Part shown: in pieces, positions 23,201-34,619 of the stretch
Layout of the letters: each line of letters begins with the position of its first letter
How positions within the stretch are numbered: position 1 is the first letter of the stretch
Source: Takakia lepidozioides
Taxonomy: Eukaryota > Plantae > Bryophyta
Reading direction: 5' to 3'
NCBI GenBank assembly: GCA_030704615.1
Contig: CM060734.1
Coordinates: 46,686,001 to 46,750,000 of the forward strand
DNA length: 64,000 nucleotides
Notes under the pieces: generated by a model
What the model saw: the letters and a program-made list of their open reading frames with translations, nothing else
What the model was told of the DNA's origin: nothing
Database searches by the model: none
Position numbers and translations under genes: made by a program

Positions 23201-24403
23201 GTCTAACATGACAACTCCAGGTGTCACCATGGCGCGCTCAATGGCTGGCCTAGCTGGCAGCTCCATCAACCTGGCAGCTGCAGCTTGCCATGGCGCCGCC
23301 GTGGCAGTCTTGACCCTCAAATCCGAGGATCCCTCCGGCACTTCCCTGAGCTTCACTTGAGCCCCCTTGTTGCCTTGAGCACGTTGAGGTAGTGGTTGGC
23401 TAGAAGCACCACTACCCCGTGGTGTCTCCTTAGCAAATCCCACCATGATCACTCGTTCCTCCACCATGTTGAGCTCTATCCGCTCTACCAGCAAAAACAC
23501 ATTTGCTAAGGTGGGTTGGGCCGCTTGTAGGAGAGTTGCATCCCGCACCCTTCTCCTCAGCTCCTTGTCCAATATCCCATACCAGAATTGGACTGCCTGA
23601 GCTTCCATAACCCCTTGGGTTACATTTATCAAGCGCCTCATGCGAGTGAAAGCCTCCCTCAAGCTCTCGGTCGACTTCCGTTGGAACTCTTGCAAGCTCC
23701 GCAACTTCTCTGTCCTCACCCCTTGGTAGTTCCCTCTCAACTCTTCGAAGAACTCCACAACAGGGTTGAAGGCAGGCACGGGTACTAGTGCTGGTGCGGT
23801 AGTGGCTTGGGTGGACGTCGTAGCTACTGTACCACCAGTCCCACTAGTCCCACTGCTACTTGCTGAAGCTGCCGGTGCAGCGGCAGGTGTAGCCACTGCC
23901 CTCGTGGCTCTAGTGCTCCTAGTGATGGAGACATAGTCGGGTGACCAGTACATCCTCCACTCCTCGATCTCAACTTCATGCCCCCGCCTGAACTCATGGT
24001 AATCTTCCATAGGCGGCCCCTCAAGGTGCTGAAACAACCCCTTCCATGCCATGAAAGGCGTAAATAGTTGTGGATTGCGCATTTGCTGCAAATCACACCA
24101 ACTATCAAACTCTTGGATAAAATCATCCAACTTGATGGTGCCCACCGCCCCAGAGTATCTTCGTGGCCCCTTGGTAGCTCCATACATCTCCTCCATTGTG
24201 TCCCACAACAATGGCAAAGAAACAACTTGCACCGCCGATATGAGTCCTCCTGATTCACAATCCGAATCAGAACCTTTCGTAGAAGACACAGGAGGTGAAG
24301 GTGGCCTAAACCGCACACCTCGTCTCGTGTACCCACTAGTATCGCTAGTGCTCGAACCGGCACTGTCCCCAGCAACTAGTGGCACCTCCGTGTTGACACT
24401 CAA
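23200..24403 (-). pseudogene. Gag of family 2 element
   Basis: ORF 23123-24403: YSGAVGTIKLDDFIQEFDSW..LEGPPMEDY..FQRKSTESLREAFTRMRRL..QFWYGILDKELRRRV is a retrotransposon gag-like pattern, in frame with the protease. Confidence 0.75.
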
Positions 24404-25140
24404 CCGGTCATGAACATGTCCCTAACCCCCTCTCCACAAGGTAACCGGGTAGAGAACCTGTTGCGGCTTATGGTTTGGAATACTAAGTTCCTAACATAGC
24501 CTACACCTGTACCTGCATCCACCGCAAGCACTCCTATGGTTGGCTGGTCATCACCTCCAACCTCACCACAGGAGAAACGATGATGGTCTGGCTGGTCATC
24601 ACCCCAGCCTCACCATCGACAGCATGCTCTAGGACTGGCCGGTGATCAAATCCGGACCAATCACCTATAAAAAACAAGCGCCCACACAAAACTAGCATGG
24701 CGCACAGTCGAGCATGCAGGTATGGAGGGGATCCAAACACAAGAAATCAGAACGACAACTCCCCCACACCAAAAACAACTCCACGGTGTTGCTCCTGCAA
24801 GGACACCCCAACCCAAACCCGGACTGACTCTTGCCTCCACCTACGGAAAGGTCTTGGCCTAATGAGAGAGTGGAAACTACGAGGAAGAGAAGCTAAAGCA
24901 ATGCCTAACCCCAGCATGCCCTCATCCCAACACTCTTCCTCTCCTCTCTTCCCTCACTTGCATGACCATGGGAATATCATGAAGATACTCCTCAAACCGC
25001 CCTCCACGAGCTTCAAAATTCGGCCTTCAAGACCACATGTCAGTCCTTAGGCAGTCCACCAGTGCCTCCACGAGTCAGCACAGGCCGTCCACAGGTCAAC
25101 ACGGGCCACCACAGACCAGCACAGGCCCACACAGCTCACT

Positions 25141-26232
25141 GGTCACAGCCGTCACAGCCCACACAGGCCACAGCCTGTCACAACCCATCACAACCCCAAA
25201 GGCCATAGGCACAGCCTCTCACAGCCCTACAAAGGTCACAGGGGTCACAGCCCCAAAGGCCACAGCCTGTCACAACCCCTCAGAGCCCGTCACAGCCTGT
25301 CACAGCCCTACACAGGTCACAGGTGTCACAGCCCCACAAGCCACATGGCACAGCCTGTCACAGCCCTACACAGGTCACAGGGGTCACAGCCCCAAAGGCC
25401 ACAGCCTGCCACAACCCCTCACAGCCCGTCACAGCCTATCACAGCCCTACACAGGTCACAGGGGTCACAGCCCCAAAGGCCACAGCCTGTCACAACCCCT
25501 CACAGCCCTACACAGGTCACAGGGGTCACAGCCCCTCATAGCCCATCACAGCCCCACAGGCCACATGGCACAGCCTATCACAGCCTGTCACAGCCCTACA
25601 CAGGTCACAGGGGTCACATCCCCAAAGGCCACAGCCTGTCACAGCCCCTCACAGCCTATCACAACCCCACAGGCCACATGGCACAGCCTGTCACAGCCCC
25701 TCACAGCCCTACACAGGTCACAGGGGTCACAGCCCCAAAGGCCACAGCCTGGCACAGCCCCTCACAGCCCCTCACAGCCCACAGGGCACAGCCTGTCACA
25801 GCCCTTCACAACCCGTCACAGCCCCACAGGCCACAAGGCACAACCCGCCACAGCCCATCACAGCCCATCACAGCCATCACAGCCTGTCACAGCTCGCCAC
25901 AGCCTGTCACAGCCCGTCACAGCCCCCCAGGCCACAGGGCACAGCCTGTCACAGCCTGCCACAGCCCATCACAGCCCATCACAGCCTGTCACAGCCCCTC
26001 ACAGCCCCTCACAGCCCCACAGGCCACATGGCACAGCCCCTCACAGCCCATCACAGCCTGTCACAGCCCTACACAGGTCATAAGGGTCACAGCCCCAAAG
26101 GCCACAGCCTATCACAGCCCCTCACAGCCCCATAGGCCACAGGGCACAGCCTGTCACAACCCCTCACAGCCCCTCACAGCCCCACGGGCCATAGGGAACA
26201 GCCTGTCACAGCCCCTCACAGCCCCACAGGCC
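25141..26232. repeat. Complex minisatellite built from ~11-bp TCACAGCC(C/T) units with higher-order blocks
   Basis: Dozens of (G/C/A)TCACAGCC units, plus a recurring block ACAGCCCTACACAGGTCACAGGGGTCACAGCCCCAAAGGCCACAGCCTG. Confidence 0.95.
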
Positions 26233-26699
26233 ACTCATGACAGTTTAGCCATTTCTCCAAGGGGTTTAGCCACGCCAAGCTAGGGTTTGTGTCTCTTGGA
26301 CTCTAGGCTTCTTTGCACCGAGCTATGGCGGCTGTGAAGAAATCAGCAAGGTATTCTTGCTCTTTCGGCTCCCACACACCACCAATAGTAGCCCTAAGCC
26401 ATGAGGAAGATAGTTGCCACAAACCAAGCCTTCTTTCTCACTTAGACTCCCCAAACACGCCACTAAACTCAATGGCAAACAACCAAGCCTTGCTGGTTTC
26501 CAGCCCTTGTGAGCACTCATTCAAGCGTTTTCCTTGGCCATAGTATCTATCTTAGAGCCTATTCCAGCCCTCTACACCTGCCACTTCAAGAGCCATGCTC
26601 TATCTAGGCTTGAGGTTGAAACCCCAACTCAGAACACGCTCTACAAGTGTCGGACCGTCACATAAGAGCAGATCAGCCCCTTACCTTCTCTTCTAGTTC

Positions 26700-27090
26700 T
26701 CTAAAGCTTGAAAACAAAAGCCCAATGGATTGAAGGCATGCTCCACACATGCCCCACTCTCACCACCAGAGAATCAACCCCTTTGCTTTCTTTCTTGCAC
26801 CCACCAACCTGAAAATACACGCTTCAGCGGGCTGGAAGCATGCTCCACACATGCCCTACAGGGAAACCAGCCCATTCCTTCCTTTCTTGCACTCCCAAAC
26901 CTGAAAGTACAAGCCTTCAACAGGCTGAAAGTATGCTCCACATATGCATTGCTCTCACATAAGGGAAGTCAGCCCTTCCCTCTTCCTTGCTTGCCCTCCA
27001 AGCTTGAAGATGGAAGCTTCAATGAGCTGAATACATGCTCCACACATGCAACCTCTTCACACAAGAGGTATCAGCCCCCTATCTTGGCTC
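26700..27090. repeat. Degenerate ~100-bp tandem repeat (4 copies)
   Basis: Core ATGCTCCACA(C/T)ATGC at about 26738, 26840, 26933 and 27035, each followed by a CAGCCC/CAACCC pyrimidine-rich tract. Confidence 0.7.
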
Positions 27091-27920
27091 CTTAGCTCCT
27101 TGATGCTCTCTAAGACAAGACTAAGCACTCCACAGCCCTTGCCAAGCCCCTGAAACCCTAAGGCTTACATTTCCAGCCACAAGACACTCCTCTTGTGGTG
27201 CAAGAGCTCTTCTTCCAAGCTCTGAAACCCTAGGTGCACATTCCATGGCCTTGCCGCACCTCTTAGCTCCTGCTCCAGCCCTGCTCTTGCCATGACAAGA
27301 GCCCTCTCAATGCTGAAGCTCGAGATTGAAACCCAATCTCAACATACTCCACAAAGTGCACTGATTTGCCCCAAGCCAAATCAGCCCTTTCACTTGGTCT
27401 TGCAATCCTGCAGCATGGTGCTTTCATCTCTGAAGCTGAAGATCGAATGCCAAGGTCTACCACCTCGTAACCCGCATCGCCTCCGCTTCTAACAACCAAG
27501 AGTTCCACGGTGCTCCTTGCATAACAACCTGGTTTCTCTCATTTTCAAGCAAAAACCACAAGTGCTACAACTAACTCGTATCTAGCACTCATAGATACGA
27601 GCTCATCTTTCTCGAGTGATAAAGAAGAAGAATACAAGCACAAGCTCATGCGAGCTCACAAAGCTAAAGCATAAAATCATGCAAATATAACCTCATCACT
27701 CAAATACAAGTCAAGCCAAGTGCACCCCACGCCATGGGGAATCCACACTACGGCGCCATAGCTAGGTGCGGTGAGGCTCAACTCGAGAAAGATGAGCCTC
27801 CCGCGCTTGCCGTGAAGATAACCACTCCAGGGCCTAAATCTGCCTTGACCCCTGGATTGACACTTGGGCCAAATCCCAAATGTCAATATGTAAAAGCTAG
27901 CTATTTCCTAGCTGGTTTCA

Positions 27921-28870
27921 CACTAGTGGTAAAATAACTTGACATCCAACTTAATGCGTCCAGAACGTATTTAATGCGTCCAAGACCGATTAAATCACTG
28001 TTGGGCGGGTATATTGATTTCAATATACACTTAAGGTATAAGTAAATTTTTCTTTGTCAAATCATTTACCCTCCGGGTATGGATAAATTAACTTTTCAGA
28101 TTTCTATACAACCCCCGGGTAAGGATATATATGCCAAAACATACCCTGAGGGTATGGATAGTTTCCGGGTATGGATAATTATTTAAATCAATATATAATT
28201 TAATGGTTTTTAAGATTGTGATGTTTTTCAATACAAAACAAAAGAAACAATCTATGGTAATAGAGAAAATTGATGAGATATTGCATAATATTTTGGCTCT
28301 AATTCCCAATGCAAGAGGAAGGAGGCTTGAGATTTAAAAATATATATATGCAGGATCTGGAGAGGTTTTCTTTGGGTTATATGACATTTTAGGAATGATA
28401 GATATGTAACATTTTTTTTTAGCTGTGATTGGAGCTTTCTTACAGCTGAAGGCTCCCTAACTACACAACAAAAAGAGAGAAGACCTAGCACATAAAGATT
28501 GTAGAGGCACTAGTATTATGTCCCAAAAAAATCCCTCCTTTATTCTGCATAGAAAAAAAAAGTCCTAGATTTTGCTAGATGGGCGAGATTCCCTAAAAGT
28601 ACCTCCACGCTAAATGCTACCGGCGTCAAATGCAATGCTACCGCCGTGGCTATGTTACCTTATATACCCTGAGATATATCATTCATTTTCACATATACCC
28701 TTCGGAAGAGTAGTGTATATTGGACTTCTTGATGCAGGTAAATATAAGGATAAGGGTATACATCCAAGTACCTAAACTTACTTGCCACACCATTATATAT
28801 ATATATATATATATATATACCTTGATAAACCCGCCAGGTATATCAGGGTAATCGATATATCTGCCCAACA
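27921..28870. mobile_element. Possible degenerate CACTA-type end with subterminal motifs
   Basis: CACTAGTGGTAAAA at 27921, followed by repeated ACCC..GGGTATGGATA / ATACCC motifs. No partner TIR or TSD was identified. Confidence 0.3.
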
Positions 28871-31091
28871 CTGCTTTTAACAAAGCAAGCCTACAATGAC
28901 CCGCTATTAAGAGCATCTTTCCATGTGGGAGGAAGGTGGACCACAAAATAGGAGTTTGCCGCACGCATAGAGAAAATAGCCAGGTCCCCTCGAGCATTTC
29001 CAATATCATGTGGAGCTCTGAACTTTAGCGTGATGTGGTGCAAGTGACCATGGGTAACTGAGGTGTAAATGTGTAGTGTGCCTACACCCGACACAGTGCA
29101 ATCAATTTGTAGGGACCCGCCCACCGAGCTCCATCCCATTTTATCGGGCTGTGCTACAAGCGTGCTGACTTAGGGGCAGAGGCTCCGTCGCCCCATACAT
29201 GGAAGTGCTGAATTAACCTGGCTATTCTTGTCAGTTTCTTCTCTTAAATGGGGGGCTCGGTACATGAACGGTTGCTCTAACCCTCACCAACATACAACTA
29301 ATTTGAGAGTATCTCATGTTAGCTCTATCTAGAATGTTATCACGATGATTCTCCCTAACCCCCCTTGCTTTACCTTTAGGAATCACTTCCATCCACTGGC
29401 ATCCATAAAAGCTGGATCGCCGAATCGGGTCGCATTGTCGTTTAGGGGTTAAGATTTTGTAAAAACCTGAACCGGAGGTTATGAAAGAAATCAAATAACC
29501 ACGCCACACTGGAAGATACCACCTCAAACCTATTATATTGAGTGAGCATTCAATAGTTACCTCCATGTTTTCTTACCTCCCTATTCTAGTGTTTTGTCTT
29601 CATTCTTCAAATTTCTTTTGTGTATGAGTCTCTCAATCGGCTTGTCTACGTTGTGTGCTTGACATACATTTTGTGTGCATGGTAAGCACTATGTTTTCAT
29701 TGTTGTAACTTGTTTGATTGTCTTTTATTGTCCCGAGTTTATGAAGCGGCCCCCAAAATCTACAAAGGTTGTGAGTATTAGAGAATTTTATTGCATCTTC
29801 ACGTTGGAGCAACACAAAGGTTTCAGCATGCAAAGAAAAAAGCAGTGTTCATGCGTACGTGCTTCTTCACAGCACGACCAAAAAACATTCGAGGAAAATT
29901 CTTCATACTTTTCCTATATGTGTTGTTAATTTTCTCGATACTGTCCAAGAGGTTTTATCCAAGGTTGCTAAGGTATCTAGCGATGAGCATGACACAAATA
30001 TTGTTAGCAATCATGAATAATTATCAGAACTGAATGTATCACAAATGTTTCATCCATTACTACTTCTAGTATTGTAATTCATGTATCTAATGAAATTATG
30101 GTTGCCCCTATTGCTTTAAAATAGCTTACTGGATTTGGAGACATTGAGAAAGAGGAGTGGAAACAAACGTCTCAGCAATCCTAGTGTCAAAAATAAACGA
30201 GTGTGCAGAAACTGATTCAAAGCTTGGTTCCAAACACATGAATATGGATGTGAGTGACATGGAGGACACTCTTTTTTTGCAAGAGTTACAACTTTTGGCA
30301 AGGTTTGTTTGAGAATTATCCAGTTGACTACATCAATAGCCTCTTTATGTCTTTCCAATGGATCTTAAGTCAAGCTCAGCAACAAAATATCATGAATGCA
30401 TGGATTTTAGAGCTGAAGTTCTCCATAAAGAAACATCATTGGATAAAACATTACAAAGATTGTCCATGCAAAGAGCTAATATGAGCAAGAAGTAGAGAGC
30501 TGATATGAGTTAATCATCCATGCAGAGAGCTAATATGAGCAAGAATCATCCATACAGAGGGCTGATACAATAAGAATCATTTATGTAGACAACTGCTATG
30601 CGACCTGTCTACCTATAGGACGGTAGGTACTAGAAAAGAATGTCGCAGAGAAATAGTTGGTCTTGTCCAAAACCAATGAAAAGATGACATGTTGGTGACA
30701 TTTGTTCCATAAATGGTTATTGTCCCATATGCACAAATCTCGCTTCAGGATATACATCAACCTAGATGTTAATACTACGCACCCCACAATCCTAAAAAAA
30801 CAAAACAAACAACCTAGGAATTGGAGAAATGGTCAAATTTCTACATGAGTCAACAACCGATATTGTAGCTGGATCAAAAAACCTCCCAACACTGGTCTCT
30901 TTCATAAATGGCTATGCTAGCAACTGACAAGTGAAGCATTGCTACTAGATGTAGTAGGTCGATTGTAATTACCTCACCGCCGGACCTATGTGACAAATAG
31001 ACAAAGGGTTCTTCTAACTTTGACGATACTACTATCGAAGAGGTAATGGTGCTCTTTGGATAACTGAGTTGTAGCCGATTCCTAATGGGCA

Positions 31092-31559
31092 TGTGAAGCC
31101 TTAAAACAAGATGGAGGAATAATCTCCCTTCCTCTCATGTATTGAACAAAGTGACAAGGGGCGAGCAAGGAGGAGCTTGCATTCACGCACAAGCGAACTG
31201 ATAGAAAATCATACACACGTATCCCAATCAGACACCTTTACAGACATACCTACACCAGAGTACATGAGTTGCCTGACCTTGTGTCAGGCCGCCACTTTAT
31301 ACAAACCCTAGCTGCATGCCCATATGCCGCGTGGCGAGGCGTGACAGACTGAGCCCGCGGTGCCTTTTCACAGCCCTATATCTAGTGGATGGCCAGGATG
31401 CAGCCACAAGCATTAACGAACCCTGACTATACCATCATTGTAACGGTTTCAATGGTACATAAGCCGAAAAATTTATACTACGAATGAGTATCGCCGTTTT
31501 GGATGAATAAGGTAAATTGATGATGAAGAGAGTTTTGGCCATCACATCTGTGAAGCCTA
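31092..31559 (-). repeat. 3' LTR of copy B including both AGGCTTCACA segments
   Basis: Minus strand reads GTGGGGGG-T-AGGCTTCACA-GA-TGTGATGGCC...CTTGTTTTA-AGGCTTCACA; homologous to 5521-5977. Confidence 0.9.
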
Positions 31560-31829
31560 CCCCCCACGAAAAATCATGAGCTCCACGAAGTAAAATATAA
31601 GAAAATAAATAAAATTTTGATACAATCACCCTCCACTGCTGGGTGAAAAACCTTCCAAGGGAAAACCTGGCACCTGCAAATTGGGCCGAGGACAAAACCA
31701 TTGGCTAGGAAAACCGTGCAGGGAGCACTACTACAAAAACCGGTTTTTCCAACACCACCCATAGTTCACACCTGGCACTTTGAACAGCTCCTCTTACACC
31801 CATGTGAGAGGAGGCAAGGTGTGATCTGG

Positions 31830-32600
31830 ACCATTGTAGGAAAACCCACATGGTGTTACAAATTTCACACTCGAATGACACCCATACGGTCAACGGGTGT
31901 TGACCAAGATAATGCATATGGGGCATTTGACATGAGTGTGAAATGAGTCATGGAGTGTGAGGTTAGTGTGAGATGTCCTACAGGAATTTGGGGCAACTAT
32001 ATGGCGTGGCACATTGACCATCCAGGTGGAAGATAGATGGATGAAATGACTTCCACCTCTATTCAACATGCCTTGGACGACATAACACATAGACTTTTGT
32101 TTAGAGAATTTAAAAGTTCAAAAATGTTATTAGGGTTATGGGGTCTGCATGTAGAGGGCTGTGGGACTTGTAGTTTTTCTTTGCCGGCTCGTTTAGAATC
32201 TGAATGCCCACCAGTGCAGGCCATCCATTTAAGTTGATGCCAAAATGCATTTTCATCCAAACATCAAAGCTCTCAAAATAGACAACCTCAAGTAAAATGA
32301 GAAGGAGATCGGCAGAACCGAAAGGGCATAGAATTCTCTTCAATATTGAACACTGCCTGCAACTATTGGCTATAACTTGCCCTCTGTCCTGTCACATATA
32401 ATCCCTTCGGGAACCAGCAATCCAAAAAGATGCACTGCTCATGCAGCTGACGACAATATCGTTATGAGAATGTCACACTATAATCAACAATGTACAACAA
32501 TTGCTTTGAGAAGCTATAGATAAAACTACCTCATGTCGTCTCAGAGATTTGTGAGCGCCAAAAATGTCAATCCCATTTCTGTCCAGTCAACCTTGACACG
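31830..32600 (-). pseudogene. Degenerate unknown accessory ORF of CACTA-1
   Basis: Manual translation gives VDWTEMGLTF, LFGLL..CDRTE and LNKSLCVMSSK..SIYLPPGWSMCHAI*LPQI, aligning in spacing with the CACTA-2 ORF at 61050-61879. It lies in the same position and strand relative to the transposase. Confidence 0.45.
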
Positions 32601-33084
32601 CAGTTCAGGACACGCAGCAAAGAGGGCGTAGGCGCATGTGCACAACAACCTTAGGCCCCTCACAATGAGACTCTGAAGCTGAGCTGAGCACGAATTTCAA
32701 TCTCTACTAGTCCAACCGTACTAGAGAAATATCCAGTGATCCTCAGACAAGGCTTTCTTCACCACCTTACAAAAATTGTTCCCAATGACTACCTCCCTGT
32801 CCACATTGTTGCTTGATGTCGAGAAGCTTGGACAAAGTGCCTTGCTCTTTGTGACTGGCTCCCTTTTTGAGACAGCAGGTTTTTTTTTTGATGGGTGTAC
32901 TTCACTCACAACCGTCTTTTTTACACTACGTCCGGGATATCAATGATCGCCCCAGCCTAAATTTTGCCCCACCCTATCAAGCGCCAGTGTTTTTTAACTA
33001 GTGCTTTTCAACTCGTCTGCTGAGGGCCCCACTTTCTCCCCTCTACTGGTACATGTCAAAATCACTCCAAGAGCCATAGTGTTG

Positions 33085-34190
33085 GAAAACTGCCTTCGCA
33101 TCCTTGATGCTCCCACATTTGGCATACATGTCCACGAGGGCACTGTCCAGAATCACAATCAGGTATAATTCCAGCTTTGACAATGAAACCATGGACCTGA
33201 TCTTCCCTTTTCCAGAGCTGGCAAGCTTGCCCTTGATGCTCCCACATTTGGCGTACATGTCCACGAGGGCATTGTTCAGAATCACATCAGGTACAATTCT
33301 AGCTTTGACAATGAAACCATGGACCTCTTCCCTTTTCCAGAGCTGCCAGGCTTGCCCTTCATGCTGACATATTTGGCATACATGTCCACGAGGGCATGGT
33401 CCAGAATCACATCAGGTATAATTCCAGCTTTGACAATGAAACCATGGACCTCTTCCTTTTTCCAGAGCTGGTAGGCTTGCCCTTGATGCTCCCACATTTG
33501 GCATACATGTCCACAAGGGCATTGTCCAGAATCACAATCAGGTACAATTCCAGCTTTGACAATGAAACTATGGACCTGATCAGAACCTTTTCCAGAGCTG
33601 GCAGGCTTGCCATTGATGCTCCCACGTTTGGCATACATGTCCACGAGGGCATTGTCCAGAATCACAATCACGTACAATGCAAGCTTTGACAATGAAACCA
33701 TAGACCTGATCTTCCCTTTCCCAGAGCTGGCAGGCTTGCCCTTCATGCTCCCACATTTGGCATACATGTCCACGAGGGCATTGTCCAGAATCACAATCAC
33801 CTACAATGCAAGCTTTGACAATGAAACCATAGACCTGATCTTCCTTTCCCAGAGCTGGCAGGCTTGCCCTTCATGCTCCCACATTTGGCATACATGTCCA
33901 CGAGGGCATTGTCTCGAATCACATCAGGTATAATTCCAGCTTTGACAATGAAACCATGGACCTCTTCCCTTTTCCAGAGCTGCCAAGCTTGCCCTTGATG
34001 CTCGCACATTTGGCATACTTGTCCACGAGGGCATTGTCCACAATCACAATCAGGTACAATTCCAGCTTTGACAATGAAACCATGGACCTGATCAGAACCT
34101 TTTCCAGAGCTGGCAGGCTTGCCCTTGATGCTCCCACATTTGGCATACATATCCACGAGGGCATTGTTCAAAATCACATCAGGTACAATT
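33085..34190 (-). repeat. Tandem array of 9 units (~123-129 bp) derived from a PLS-PPR coding fragment
   Basis: Each unit encodes, with frameshifts, LEKGKEVHGFIVKAGIIPDVILDNALVDMYAKCGSIK. The last unit continues GSIKDAKAVF. Confidence 0.92.
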
Positions 34191-34619
34191 CCAAAAATGT
34201 GGCCCTCTTGGATGAATCTGGGCCCACACTCTATCCCTGCTCCTTCAGCTATCCATGCCTCTCACAAATCATGCATACATCTTTGCCTTGCTGGTAGCAA
34301 CTGACAATAACAGCCTACATTTGTTCTAGGAAACACCCAACTCAACTTCTCACACTAGTTCCTATGCTCAATTGCATCTGCTACTCTCTATAATCCAACA
34401 TGCATTCACCTTTTTGCCACAATTGGCCCACCATTGACTAGGGTCAGAAAAGTATGCAGGCCACAACTCCATGACTGTTTAGGGTTCACTGTCACAAATG
34501 AAAGTGTGTTTGTCAGAATTTTGCCCACCCCAACAGCTCAGTCACTCCCACCCATGCAAGGTACCATGCTGTATCAAGTCTAAACCCTGGAAAAATACAT
34601 GCAATAGCAGAAACCAACT

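Larger units (their letters stand above)
19040..24403 (-). mobile_element. Ty3/Gypsy retrotransposon carrying a C5 DNA methyltransferase and a PHD finger (family 2); RT/RNase H deleted
   Basis: Domain order gag-PR-DNMT-(RT/RH scraps)-INT-PHD in a nearly continuous frame. PPT-like AGGGGGG at 19247-19241 is followed by TGTGTGG at 19236 (candidate 3' LTR start). No matching 5' LTR was found, so boundaries are approximate. Confidence 0.85.

Noticed and set aside
25037-26283. Long ORFs of 348 and 312 aa (His/Ser/Pro/Thr-rich)
   Set aside because: They are by-products of the stop-poor TCACAGCC minisatellite, open in several frames, with no domain signal.
28794-28819. (TA)n microsatellite, plus scattered single TTTAGGG/AAACCCTA motifs elsewhere
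   Set aside because: Ordinary simple repeats; no telomeric array.
30600-31091. Possible LINE C-terminal remnant forming the target of LTR copy B
   Set aside because: Only vague W/H/C patterns; not supportable without a search.
33043-34177. Functional PPR gene
   Set aside because: Units contain only part of an L and an S motif, lack P motifs, and shift frame in most repeats.
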